From: Candidatus Heimdallarchaeota archaeon
GTDB lineage: Archaea; Asgardarchaeota; Heimdallarchaeia; Heimdallarchaeales; Heimdallarchaeaceae
DNA: 11,094 nt
Assembly: GCA_019057375.1 (NCBI GenBank)
Contig: DXJF01000078.1
Location: 1 to 11,094 of the forward strand
Direction: 5' to 3'
Part shown: piece by piece, positions 1 through 6,912 of the stretch
Layout: every line of letters begins with the position of its first letter
How positions within the stretch are numbered: position 1 is the stretch's first letter
Made by a program: the position numbers and the translations under genes
Notes under the pieces: generated by a model
Database searches by the model: none
What the model saw: only the letters and a program-made list of their open reading frames with translations
What the model was told of the DNA's origin: nothing

Positions 1-219
1 ATTAGAAAAGTGAAAATGGGTCTATTTTGGGCGTTGATTTACAATACTCTGGGTATTCCAATTGCTGCTGGAATATTAGTTCCCATTGGTTTTCTTTTAC
101 CAGCGGAATTAGCTGGTTTAGCTATGGCTCTATCATCAGTATCAGTTGTGACAAACTCACTCTTACTCAAAAGATACAAGAACCCTTTTGCGAGAAGGAA
201 AACATCAAAAAACCTTTAA
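1..219 (+). CDS. copA: Heavy-metal (Cu+-type, P1B-1) P-type ATPase, C-terminal fragment; 5' part lies outside the window
   Basis: Frame is open from base 1 ([24 protein letters not shown]...[22 protein letters not shown]). It carries the YN motif of the penultimate TM helix and the MxxSS motif of the last helix, both typical of Cu+ P1B-1 ATPases. Stop TAA at 217-219. Confidence 0.92.
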   Translation: MRKVKMGLFWALIYNTLGIPIAAGILVPIGFLLPAELAGLAMALSSVSVVTNSLLLKRYKNPFARRKTSKNL

Positions 220-268
220 CTTAATTTATGGTTCATCCAACTGATTTAAGCACTTATTAATATTCTTG

Positions 269-298
269 AATGTCTAAACTACGATTAGACTCATTTTT
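269..298 (+). terminator. Possible hairpin plus T-tract terminator downstream of copA
   Basis: GTCTAA (272-277) and TTAGAC (285-290) form an inverted repeat with a 7-nt loop. It extends with a bulge to AATG/CATT and is followed by TTTTT (294-298), about 50 nt after the copA stop. Confidence 0.3.
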
Positions 299-596
299 CG
301 TAATATATATGAGTGTTTTAACACTAAATGTTTTGATGATAAGCATAGCTCTTGATTTATCAAATAAACAGAAGAAAACCAGCATTGATTTTATTGGATC
401 TGTTACTTTTCCTTCTGGTTATGTTCCACATCTTCTGAAAGGGCTTAATTATACATCCTTTCTCCCATTTATTATGTTTAAACCTAGCAGATTGTTTTTT
501 ATCTACTGGCAACCATTCAGAGAAAACTCGCTCTCACTTGAATATCTCTCTGAATTAAGGTCCAGACTAGTTCATAAATATTATATTGGAGATACT

Positions 597-830
597 ATGA
601 AGGTGATTGATTTCCGAATAGATGATTTCAAAGATAAGGAAATTCATTTGTTTTCTGGTACATGGGAAAATCAAAGAGATAGGTTAAAAGGTATTTTTGA
701 GACAATTACATTCAAGCACAATGACTTTCTAATTCTATTTGATATCTCAACAGTAGAAAAAGATCCTCATGGAAAAACTATGCAAGAACTTCGAAATATC
801 AGATTAACATTTGAATTGGACGATAAGTGA
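597..830 (+). CDS. Small hypothetical protein (77 aa from ATG597); the frame is open upstream to ATG270 (186 aa)
   Basis: GGAGA at 588-592 precedes ATG597. The product (MKVIDFRIDDFKDKEIHLFSG...RLTFELDDK) has a charged, globular composition. No family recognised and the start is uncertain. Confidence 0.5.
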   Translation: MKVIDFRIDDFKDKEIHLFSGTWENQRDRLKGIFETITFKHNDFLILFDISTVEKDPHGKTMQELRNIRLTFELDDK

Positions 831-862
831 TTATGATGATTTTTTATCTATTGTTGGCAACA

Positions 863-870
863 TTTATATA
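863..870 (+). promoter_or_regulatory. Candidate archaeal TATA box for the Asp-box protein gene
   Basis: TTTATATA at 863-870, with an SD-like GGGAG at 904-908 ahead of ATG916. Confidence 0.4.
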
Positions 871-915
871 TTCCTCAACAATGTTTTGCAAGAGAATAAT
901 CCCGGGAGTCTCCAA

Positions 916-2145
916 ATGAAAATTAACAAAAAATTGTTGTATATTACTTTTATATCTGTTCTAGTGATTTCATCAATTCCAAATTATACACTTGCAGTGG
1001 AAACATTTGCAGATGATCTTCCTTTACTAGCTAAAGGAAATCAGGAGGAATATATGATGATTTATGTGAGAAGTAGTATTTCAAGAGAAGTAATATACGA
1101 TCGAAATGTTTTCTCAAGAAATATTAGAAAGACTCCAACAGAATTTCAAACTATAGAAAATGATGATACTGTAGTTACTCCTTTGCGTTTTGAACTTGAT
1201 GATATAACAGTACATATTAACAAAACAGCAATTATAACATATAATGACAAAACTTACTTGTTTATGGCAGTACATGAAAGGATTAGTGATAATCTAACAT
1301 TTTTGGTTACAGATACAACAGACAATGGCAGAACATGGTCAGATCTGAACTATTTTCTTAATACAACATTAGCTTTTGATGGTTTTTATAATTTTGATGT
1401 TGCTTATAGAGGAGAGAATTTGTATTTAGCTTATAGTTATAACCAAGAGGGTGATAAAACCAAAGTTTTCAATATAGATTCTGAAGATTACGCAGTTTTA
1501 TCAGAATCTCAAGCTGGCAATTATTTTGGTGTAGATTTCAAATTATATCCATATGATGGTAGGGTTTACATTTTATCTACCGAACCTTTTCTAAAACGTC
1601 AAGTGAGAATTACCTATACAACAACTGGTAATGGTTTTGAAGGACCAACTTTACTCTTTGATGCTCCTCAGCTCCTAACTGAAGAGTTCAATCCAACTAT
1701 GGTTCGTTGGAATGATGGTTTCTTTATGGCAGCTCATGATAAGCTTACTGATGTGTTTAATCCTGAACAGAATATTACTTTTGACGAATATTCTCTGTGG
1801 GGAGCTTGGTTTGAAGATGTTGATGAACCAAATTCTATTGAATATCATACAGTTGTTACAGATAAAGCAGATGGTTATTTCAGAAAAGATCCAACTTTAG
1901 AAGTTTATGAAGGCAGACTCTTCCTCTCTTATCAATATGGTGAAGGAAGTAGATTTGGTAGTGCTGGTACTCCTGACATCGTCTTTGCTTTTTCATCTGA
2001 TTCTCAAACATGGACAAACGATTTTATTGGTAAAATCAGTGTTTTTCTAAATCCTGGAGCTTACTTTGCTATTGCTACTATTGGCTGTTTCGTGCTTATA
2101 GTTCCATCTTTATACTTTTATAACAAGTATAAGAAAGGAAAGTAA
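916..2145 (+). CDS. Exported, C-terminally membrane-anchored Asp-box/BNR-repeat (sialidase-like beta-propeller) protein, 409 aa
   Basis: ATG916 gives a signal-peptide-like N-terminus (MKINKKLLYITFISVLVISSIPNYTLA), whereas the TTG811 extension overlaps the upstream gene. One canonical Asp-box TTDNGRTWS (1315-1341) and degenerate copies (YTTTGNGF, FSSDSQTW) lie in beta-rich blades. A C-terminal TM helix is followed by KYKKGK. Confidence 0.75.
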   Translation: MKINKKLLYITFISVLVISSIPNYTLAVETFADDLPLLAKGNQEEYMMIYVRSSISREVIYDRNVFSRNIRKTPTEFQTIENDDTVVTPLRFELDDITVHINKTAIITYNDKTYLFMAVHERISDNLTFLVTDTTDNGRTWSDLNYFLNTTLAFDGFYNFDVAYRGENLYLAYSYNQEGDKTKVFNIDSEDYAVLSESQAGNYFGVDFKLYPYDGRVYILSTEPFLKRQVRITYTTTGNGFEGPTLLFDAPQLLTEEFNPTMVRWNDGFFMAAHDKLTDVFNPEQNITFDEYSLWGAWFEDVDEPNSIEYHTVVTDKADGYFRKDPTLEVYEGRLFLSYQYGEGSRFGSAGTPDIVFAFSSDSQTWTNDFIGKISVFLNPGAYFAIATIGCFVLIVPSLYFYNKYKKGK

Positions 2146-2180
2146 TTTCCATCTTACTTTTATTTTTAAATTTTTATTTG
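2146..2180 (+). terminator. T-rich archaeal-type terminator region
   Basis: Several T-tracts follow the stop directly (TTTCCATCTTACTTTTATTTTTAAATTTTTATTT). Confidence 0.35.
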
Positions 2181-2215
2181 ATAAGTTTTTTAAATCCTCA
2201 AGGTATAATTTAGTT

Positions 2216-2923
2216 ATGCCTAACAATGCATTCAATACGTTAGTAATTATTTTGGGCTTTAGTTTATTAGGAATGCCTATTATCTTTATATCTCTAAGCA
2301 CTGCCCCACCTGGTTTAAATGACTTTCAAAGCACAATCATAATAACTTCTGTGTCAGGTGATTCTCAAAGCGCAATTTATCTTAATAATACTAACAATAT
2401 TAATGGAAGTACAGCTGATTATTGGGCAGATATATCTGGTTTTCCTGAATTATCAAATATTCATAACATCACTCAGCTGATTCTTAACGAACAAAGTTTT
2501 ATGGAAAATGTTACCATTGAAGATTACAGTGGATTCAGCAAGCTAGTTCATGTATTTATCCTTGAAATGACCATAGATAATGCTCCTACTGGAGGAGTAG
2601 CCAGAGAAAATTACGTCGATTTATTTGGATCTGATAATGGTACATTTATTTCTTGGATGTGGGCACATGATGAATGGAATTCCTCTTATTATACTGAACC
2701 TAACTATCCAGATATTAATACTACTCTTGATACAGTTTATTTGAACCATGGGCTGAATATAGAATATGAGATTACAGTCAATTTCTATGCTAATGTAGAT
2801 ATTAATGGAACTCAATATATGTTGGAGTTTGTACGTTTGATTTACTTAAACACTTCAGGAGATGTGCTTTTCTTTCTTACAAACGAAACTGAATGGGGAA
2901 TACTAATGGAACTAGACACTTAA
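2216..2923 (+). CDS. Hypothetical exported or N-anchored glycoprotein, 235 aa
   Basis: N-terminal hydrophobic segment (LVIILGFSLLGMPIIFISL) and 10 N-x-S/T sequons. A TATA-like TTTTAAAT at 2188-2195 lies about 28 nt before the ATG. No family recognised. Confidence 0.75.
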   Translation: MPNNAFNTLVIILGFSLLGMPIIFISLSTAPPGLNDFQSTIIITSVSGDSQSAIYLNNTNNINGSTADYWADISGFPELSNIHNITQLILNEQSFMENVTIEDYSGFSKLVHVFILEMTIDNAPTGGVARENYVDLFGSDNGTFISWMWAHDEWNSSYYTEPNYPDINTTLDTVYLNHGLNIEYEITVNFYANVDINGTQYMLEFVRLIYLNTSGDVLFFLTNETEWGILMELDT

Positions 2924-2953
2924 ACTGTCTTTTCTTTAGAAGAGAATGTTACT

Positions 2954-4045
2954 ATGACATCCAAATGGAGACTCATTAACTTAGGTGAGATTGAGTGGAT
3001 AGACACTCAAGCTATTTATCATGCTTTAGCGTTGATTCAAGATCAACACGATACACCTAATACATTATTAATTAATTGGCCGAATAAATCATTCGTATGT
3101 GTTGGATTGCATCAGATTATAGACAATTCTGTTGAAAAAGAGTACATTAAATCACAAAAATTACCCCTAGTTAGAAGAGGATGTGGGGGAGGATCTGTGT
3201 TCCTTGATTCAAATCAAGTTTTTTATCAGATAATTTGCAGAAAAGAACAGTTTAGCTCTGATTTAAGCAGTTTTTATGAATTTTTCTTGAGCCCAGTTGT
3301 GGAAACTTATCGATTTTTTAATGTTCCTGCTGAATATTCACCAATCAATGATATTGTAGCTCAAGAGAAGAAGATCAGTGGGAATGGAGCTGTTACTTAT
3401 GGTAATTCAAGAATCTTGGTTGGTAATTTTATTTTCAATTTTCCATCTAATGAGATGTCCAAAATACTAAAGGTTCCAGATGAAAAATTCAGAGACAAAA
3501 TTGCTAAGTCATTGAAGGAACGCATGGGAAGTTTTTCCTATTTTCTAAGCAAACCTCCATCTAAGGAAGAAGTGATTCAGAAGTATATAGAACTCTTTCA
3601 GGAAAAAATAGATGTAAAACTTGAAAAGGGTAAGCTATTAAAAATTGAGAAAGAAAAGATAGCAGAATTAAGAGATTTGTATGAACAGAATGAGTGGTTA
3701 GATTATGTTGAACATGAAAAAAAATCTATGATTCACCAAAAAATCATGGGTAGTACTTATTTTGCTTTTTCAGAGAGGAAGTTTCAAGGAGGATTAGTCC
3801 AGCTTTTTATTCATTTTGAAAGAAGTAGAATATCAGATTTGGTAATCTCTGGAGATTTCACTATTTCCCCTCCTTTAATTCTTTCAGAGTTGCAGAATTA
3901 TCTTATAGGTCAAGAAGTAGTTGTTGCTACTTTAATAAATAAATTCAAGACATTTTTTAATAACAAAGAAGTAGATTTACCAGGTATCTCCATAGAAGAA
4001 TTAGTAGAACTGATAATTGATACGTATAAGAAAATTAAGAAATAA
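2954..4045 (+). CDS. lplA: Lipoate-protein ligase A family protein (catalytic domain fused to the C-terminal domain)
   Basis: RRGCGGGSVFLD (RRxxGGGxV motif), KKISGNG with the catalytic Lys, and a C-terminal domain FQGGLVQLFIHFERSRISDLVISGDF. Confidence 0.9.
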   Translation: MTSKWRLINLGEIEWIDTQAIYHALALIQDQHDTPNTLLINWPNKSFVCVGLHQIIDNSVEKEYIKSQKLPLVRRGCGGGSVFLDSNQVFYQIICRKEQFSSDLSSFYEFFLSPVVETYRFFNVPAEYSPINDIVAQEKKISGNGAVTYGNSRILVGNFIFNFPSNEMSKILKVPDEKFRDKIAKSLKERMGSFSYFLSKPPSKEEVIQKYIELFQEKIDVKLEKGKLLKIEKEKIAELRDLYEQNEWLDYVEHEKKSMIHQKIMGSTYFAFSERKFQGGLVQLFIHFERSRISDLVISGDFTISPPLILSELQNYLIGQEVVVATLINKFKTFFNNKEVDLPGISIEELVELIIDTYKKIKK

Positions 4046-4047
4046 AA

Positions 4048-5304
4048 TCACCCTTTCTTAAAAATCAGAATATTTTCTTTCTGCATTATGTTGTAAAGTC
4101 CAAATATAATCTTATCAATATTTTTCACCAATTTATAATTCATCTCTTGGAAAATTTCGATGGTATTCTCTACTGTTTTAATCTCTTCTTTGTCAACTCT
4201 AGCATTACCAATAATGATTGTACAATATTTTCCAGATTTGAGGACTCGATCCATCTCATGATATGCGTTTTTTATATCTTCATTATAAAGTTCTATCTTC
4301 TTTGATCCTTTACCTCTAACTCCAATAAAATCTTCCTTTATAGTATCTAGATTGTACCCCAGAGATTTTAGAGCATGCTTATCATTGTCCACATAATCTA
4401 GAGCAATGGAATAAGGAGGAGAAGTAACAATTCCATCAAAATGATTAGCTGGAAATTTTAGCTTTCTAACATCATTCTTATGTATTGAAACATCACCCAA
4501 AGTGAGATTATTTTCAACAATGCAGTTAGCATAATCTGTTACAGAGGTTAACATTTTATTTGCGTTAACTAGGAATGAATTTGAAAAATCCTTTTTTCTT
4601 CTTCTTCCTTTATCACTATGAGCTATTAATTCTGCAACCTTAAAGAAATTCCTAATTTCAGATTTTTCTATCTGTGAGATTTTATCAGAGATGTTTTCTT
4701 CAACATTTTCGTTCTTGTACTCTAGGAGGCATTGGATGAAATCTTCCAGTTCTAATTTAAGCTGTGAAACATATTTATGAGAATTCGTCTTTACTTTCGA
4801 GACGATATAACATACTTCTGATATATCAATTCCAATACAATTAACTCCAAGTAACTGAGCTTCAACAGCTGTAGTTCCACTGCCAATAAAGGGATCAAGA
4901 ATTTTATCTCCTAAATTGATTTGCATGCAATTTAATAGAGCTCTTATCATCTGAGGATGGAATTTACCTTTATATGGATATATCCAATGAGTAAGATACT
5001 GGTTAATTGATTTTGTTATATTGTTTGATACTAATTTAGAATAAAGAGTAATTTGATCATCAAGTTTCTGAAAATAAGCTGTTCTTTTACTAAATTTCTC
5101 TTCATCAGGAATTTCTAAAGCAGTGAAAGTTCGGAGACTATTTTGAGTAGAGTATTTTACACCAAATGCTTCTAGTTCCATCATAGCTAAACCTAGTTCA
5201 TAGATAAACTGAACATTCCAAAATAATTCAAGATTTCTCTCATCTACTAGATTGTCCATTCGATTCCAGTCCAATTCAAATCTATTGTTCTTCTTTTGGG
5301 ACAA
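4048..5304 (-). CDS. SAM-dependent amino-methyltransferase, probably an N4-cytosine/N6-adenine DNA MTase (motif I before motif IV); no adjacent endonuclease
   Basis: THWIYPYKGKFHPQ (motif X region), LDPFIGSGTTAVEA (motif I), GIDIS, DVRKL, VTSPPY (motif IV, SPPY) and EMDRVLKSG. Start is either TTG5304 or the in-frame ATG5259. Confidence 0.85.
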   Translation of the reverse strand: MSQKKNNRFELDWNRMDNLVDERNLELFWNVQFIYELGLAMMELEAFGVKYSTQNSLRTFTALEIPDEEKFSKRTAYFQKLDDQITLYSKLVSNNITKSINQYLTHWIYPYKGKFHPQMIRALLNCMQINLGDKILDPFIGSGTTAVEAQLLGVNCIGIDISEVCYIVSKVKTNSHKYVSQLKLELEDFIQCLLEYKNENVEENISDKISQIEKSEIRNFFKVAELIAHSDKGRRRKKDFSNSFLVNANKMLTSVTDYANCIVENNLTLGDVSIHKNDVRKLKFPANHFDGIVTSPPYSIALDYVDNDKHALKSLGYNLDTIKEDFIGVRGKGSKKIELYNEDIKNAYHEMDRVLKSGKYCTIIIGNARVDKEEIKTVENTIEIFQEMNYKLVKNIDKIIFGLYNIMQKENILIFKKG

Positions 5305-5342
5305 TAGTATAGTTGCTTTTTAATTTTACTCACCCTCCTTAG

Positions 5343-5362
5343 AAGGGGAAAGATTTTAAATA
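5343..5362 (+). promoter_or_regulatory. Candidate BRE plus TATA box for the steroid 5-alpha-reductase gene
   Basis: Purine-rich AAGGGGAAAG followed by TTTAAATA (5355-5362), 30 nt upstream of ATG5385. Confidence 0.45.
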
Positions 5363-5384
5363 AACCTAGATATTCCTCTGTGTG

Positions 5385-6149
5385 ATGAATGAAATATATG
5401 TTTTTTGGGGCTTATACATAGCTTCTGCTATTATAGCTGTTTCAATGCTAGTCTTATTATTTTTTGTATCTGCTCCATATGGTCGTCATATACGCAAAGG
5501 ATGGGGACCTTCGATAAGCTCCAAATGGGCTTGGATAATCATGGAATCACCGGCGGTAATTATCTTCATTGTTTTATATGTTATAAGTGACAGAAGAGCA
5601 GAGTTGGTTCCAATAGTTCTTTTAGTTATGTGGATGCTTCATTATATTCAAAGGGATTTAATTTTCCCCTTCTTCCTAAGAACCAATAAGAGAATGCCAT
5701 TACTTATACTATCTTTTGGTTTAATTTTTCAAGCATCAAATACGTACATTCAAGCTAGATGGATATTTCATTTTGCTGATCCATCATCATATACAATTTC
5801 ATGGTTAACTGATCCAAGATTCATAATAGGTGCAGTACTCTTTATCTTTGGTTATATTGTCAATAGACATGCAGATTTAGTTTTACGTGCATTACGAAAA
5901 CCAGGAGAAAAGGGATACAAAATTCCCTTTGGAGGACTGTACAAGTACATATCAAGTCCTAATTATCTTGGAGAAATCATCATGTGGATTGGATGGGGTT
6001 TAGCTGTTTGGAACTGGGCAGGATTATTATTTGTTTTCTGGACATTAGCTAATCTTCTACCTCGAGCGAGAACTCACCACTTATGGTATAAGGAAACTTT
6101 CCCAGATTATCCAGAAGAAAGAAAGGCACTAATACCTTTCATTTACTGA
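5385..6149 (+). CDS. 3-oxo-5-alpha-steroid 4-dehydrogenase / steroid 5-alpha-reductase family (SRD5A1/2, DET2-like) integral membrane reductase
   Basis: Motifs APYGRH, AWIIMESP, HYIQR, DPRFIIG, NRHADLVLRALRKPGEKGYKIPFGGLYKYISSPNYLGEIIMW and PRARTHHLWYKETFPDYPEERKALIPF closely follow SRD5A/DET2. ATG5385 preferred over GTG5382. Confidence 0.93.
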   Translation: MNEIYVFWGLYIASAIIAVSMLVLLFFVSAPYGRHIRKGWGPSISSKWAWIIMESPAVIIFIVLYVISDRRAELVPIVLLVMWMLHYIQRDLIFPFFLRTNKRMPLLILSFGLIFQASNTYIQARWIFHFADPSSYTISWLTDPRFIIGAVLFIFGYIVNRHADLVLRALRKPGEKGYKIPFGGLYKYISSPNYLGEIIMWIGWGLAVWNWAGLLFVFWTLANLLPRARTHHLWYKETFPDYPEERKALIPFIY

Positions 6150-6153
6150 TTTT

Positions 6154-6825
6154 TCAAGAAATATGTTTCAGTACATCTTCTTCTTTTACTATTCTGTAAT
6201 TTGGTTTATAATTTCTCCTGAAAACAGCTGTATGCCGAACAAGTGGTATTTCTGAAATATTCTCAACCTCTGAAATTAGTTTAAGGACAAAATTTAACCA
6301 ATGGAATATTCTGCCATATTTTCGCTTTCTTCTATGATCTATCCTAATAAAGCCTCTTTCATATAATTCTATCAATTCAATCCATCTTTTTAGAAATAGT
6401 TCTGTATTTGTAGGTATTTCTTTAGAAGCTTTTTGCATTAATGACCAGATAGTTGCAGGATCATCTCCTATTATTTTTTTCCAGACTCTTAGGTTGAGTC
6501 TTACAAATTTTGTTTGCGAATCTAATAATTCATACAAATCTTCATCATCTAATGGATCTTCTGAACTTGCAAACTCTTGGAATAAATACTCCATGATTCT
6601 GTTTTCACTTCCAAGGTGTTTCAAATGTACCCAACCACAAGTACCTTGCATAAGAAACTTGTAAATGTCTTGCCACCTTAATTTTGGATGATTCTGAATA
6701 TGAACAATCAAAGGATTTTCTTTCAATTGCTCATCTATTTCATCATTTAGAATAACATGAATTCTAGAAATCTTTTGATTAAGTCTTCGAAAGAAAGCTA
6801 TTTTGTCCATTTTATATCGAGTCAT
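6154..6825 (-). CDS. Conserved hypothetical protein (QDxYKxxxQxxxGxxH ... HxxxFRxxYxPxYR family)
   Basis: Long ORF with normal protein composition and the motifs WQDIYKFLMQGTCGWVHL, FVRLNLR and RHTAVFRRNYKPNYRIV. Possible starts are TTG6834, ATG6825 and ATG6810. Confidence 0.8.
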   Translation of the reverse strand: MTRYKMDKIAFFRRLNQKISRIHVILNDEIDEQLKENPLIVHIQNHPKLRWQDIYKFLMQGTCGWVHLKHLGSENRIMEYLFQEFASSEDPLDDEDLYELLDSQTKFVRLNLRVWKKIIGDDPATIWSLMQKASKEIPTNTELFLKRWIELIELYERGFIRIDHRRKRKYGRIFHWLNFVLKLISEVENISEIPLVRHTAVFRRNYKPNYRIVKEEDVLKHIS

Positions 6826-6880
6826 ATTTGCCAATACACTAGTAAAACCTTTTCCTTTTTCTCAACCCTATTTCTTTAAA

Positions 6881-6889
6881 TTTATATAT
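6881..6889 (+). promoter_or_regulatory. Archaeal TATA box of zinc-ribbon gene A (probably leaderless or short-leader mRNA)
   Basis: TTTATATAT starts 32 nt upstream of ATG6913; no SD is visible. Confidence 0.55.
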
Positions 6890-6912
6890 GAGAATGTGCA
6901 AGTTAAGCTTGT

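Noticed and set aside
27-224. 65-aa alternative-frame ORF
   Set aside because: Overlaps copA in another frame and has no recognisable motifs; a shadow ORF.
828-833. TGA stops as possible selenocysteine or readthrough codons (830, 4048, 6149, 6154)
   Set aside because: TGA828-830 is followed by another stop two codons later, the SRD5A TGA falls at the natural family C-terminus, and the other two end against convergent genes. No SECIS-like element was identified.
811-915. TTG811 N-terminal extension of the Asp-box protein
   Set aside because: Overlaps the upstream gene, contains the likely TATA box, and would bury the signal peptide. ATG916 has an SD.
799-1203. Similar peptides LTFELDD (77-aa ORF end) and LRFELDD (Asp-box protein)
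   Set aside because: The match is only 6 of 7 residues with different codons and no flanking similarity; treated as coincidence.
1712-1900. 62-aa alternative-frame ORF
   Set aside because: Lies fully inside the Asp-box gene; an L/M/I-rich frame artefact.
2110-2301. 63-aa minus-strand ORF
   Set aside because: Overlaps two plus-strand genes and spans their T-rich terminator and promoter.
2621-2815. 64-aa minus-strand ORF
   Set aside because: Antisense shadow of the 235-aa gene; Ile-rich as expected from reverse-complemented AAT/GAT codons.
5405-5590. 61-aa alternative-frame ORF with several Cys
   Set aside because: Inside the well-supported SRD5A gene; the Cys arise from frame-shifted TG-rich hydrophobic codons.
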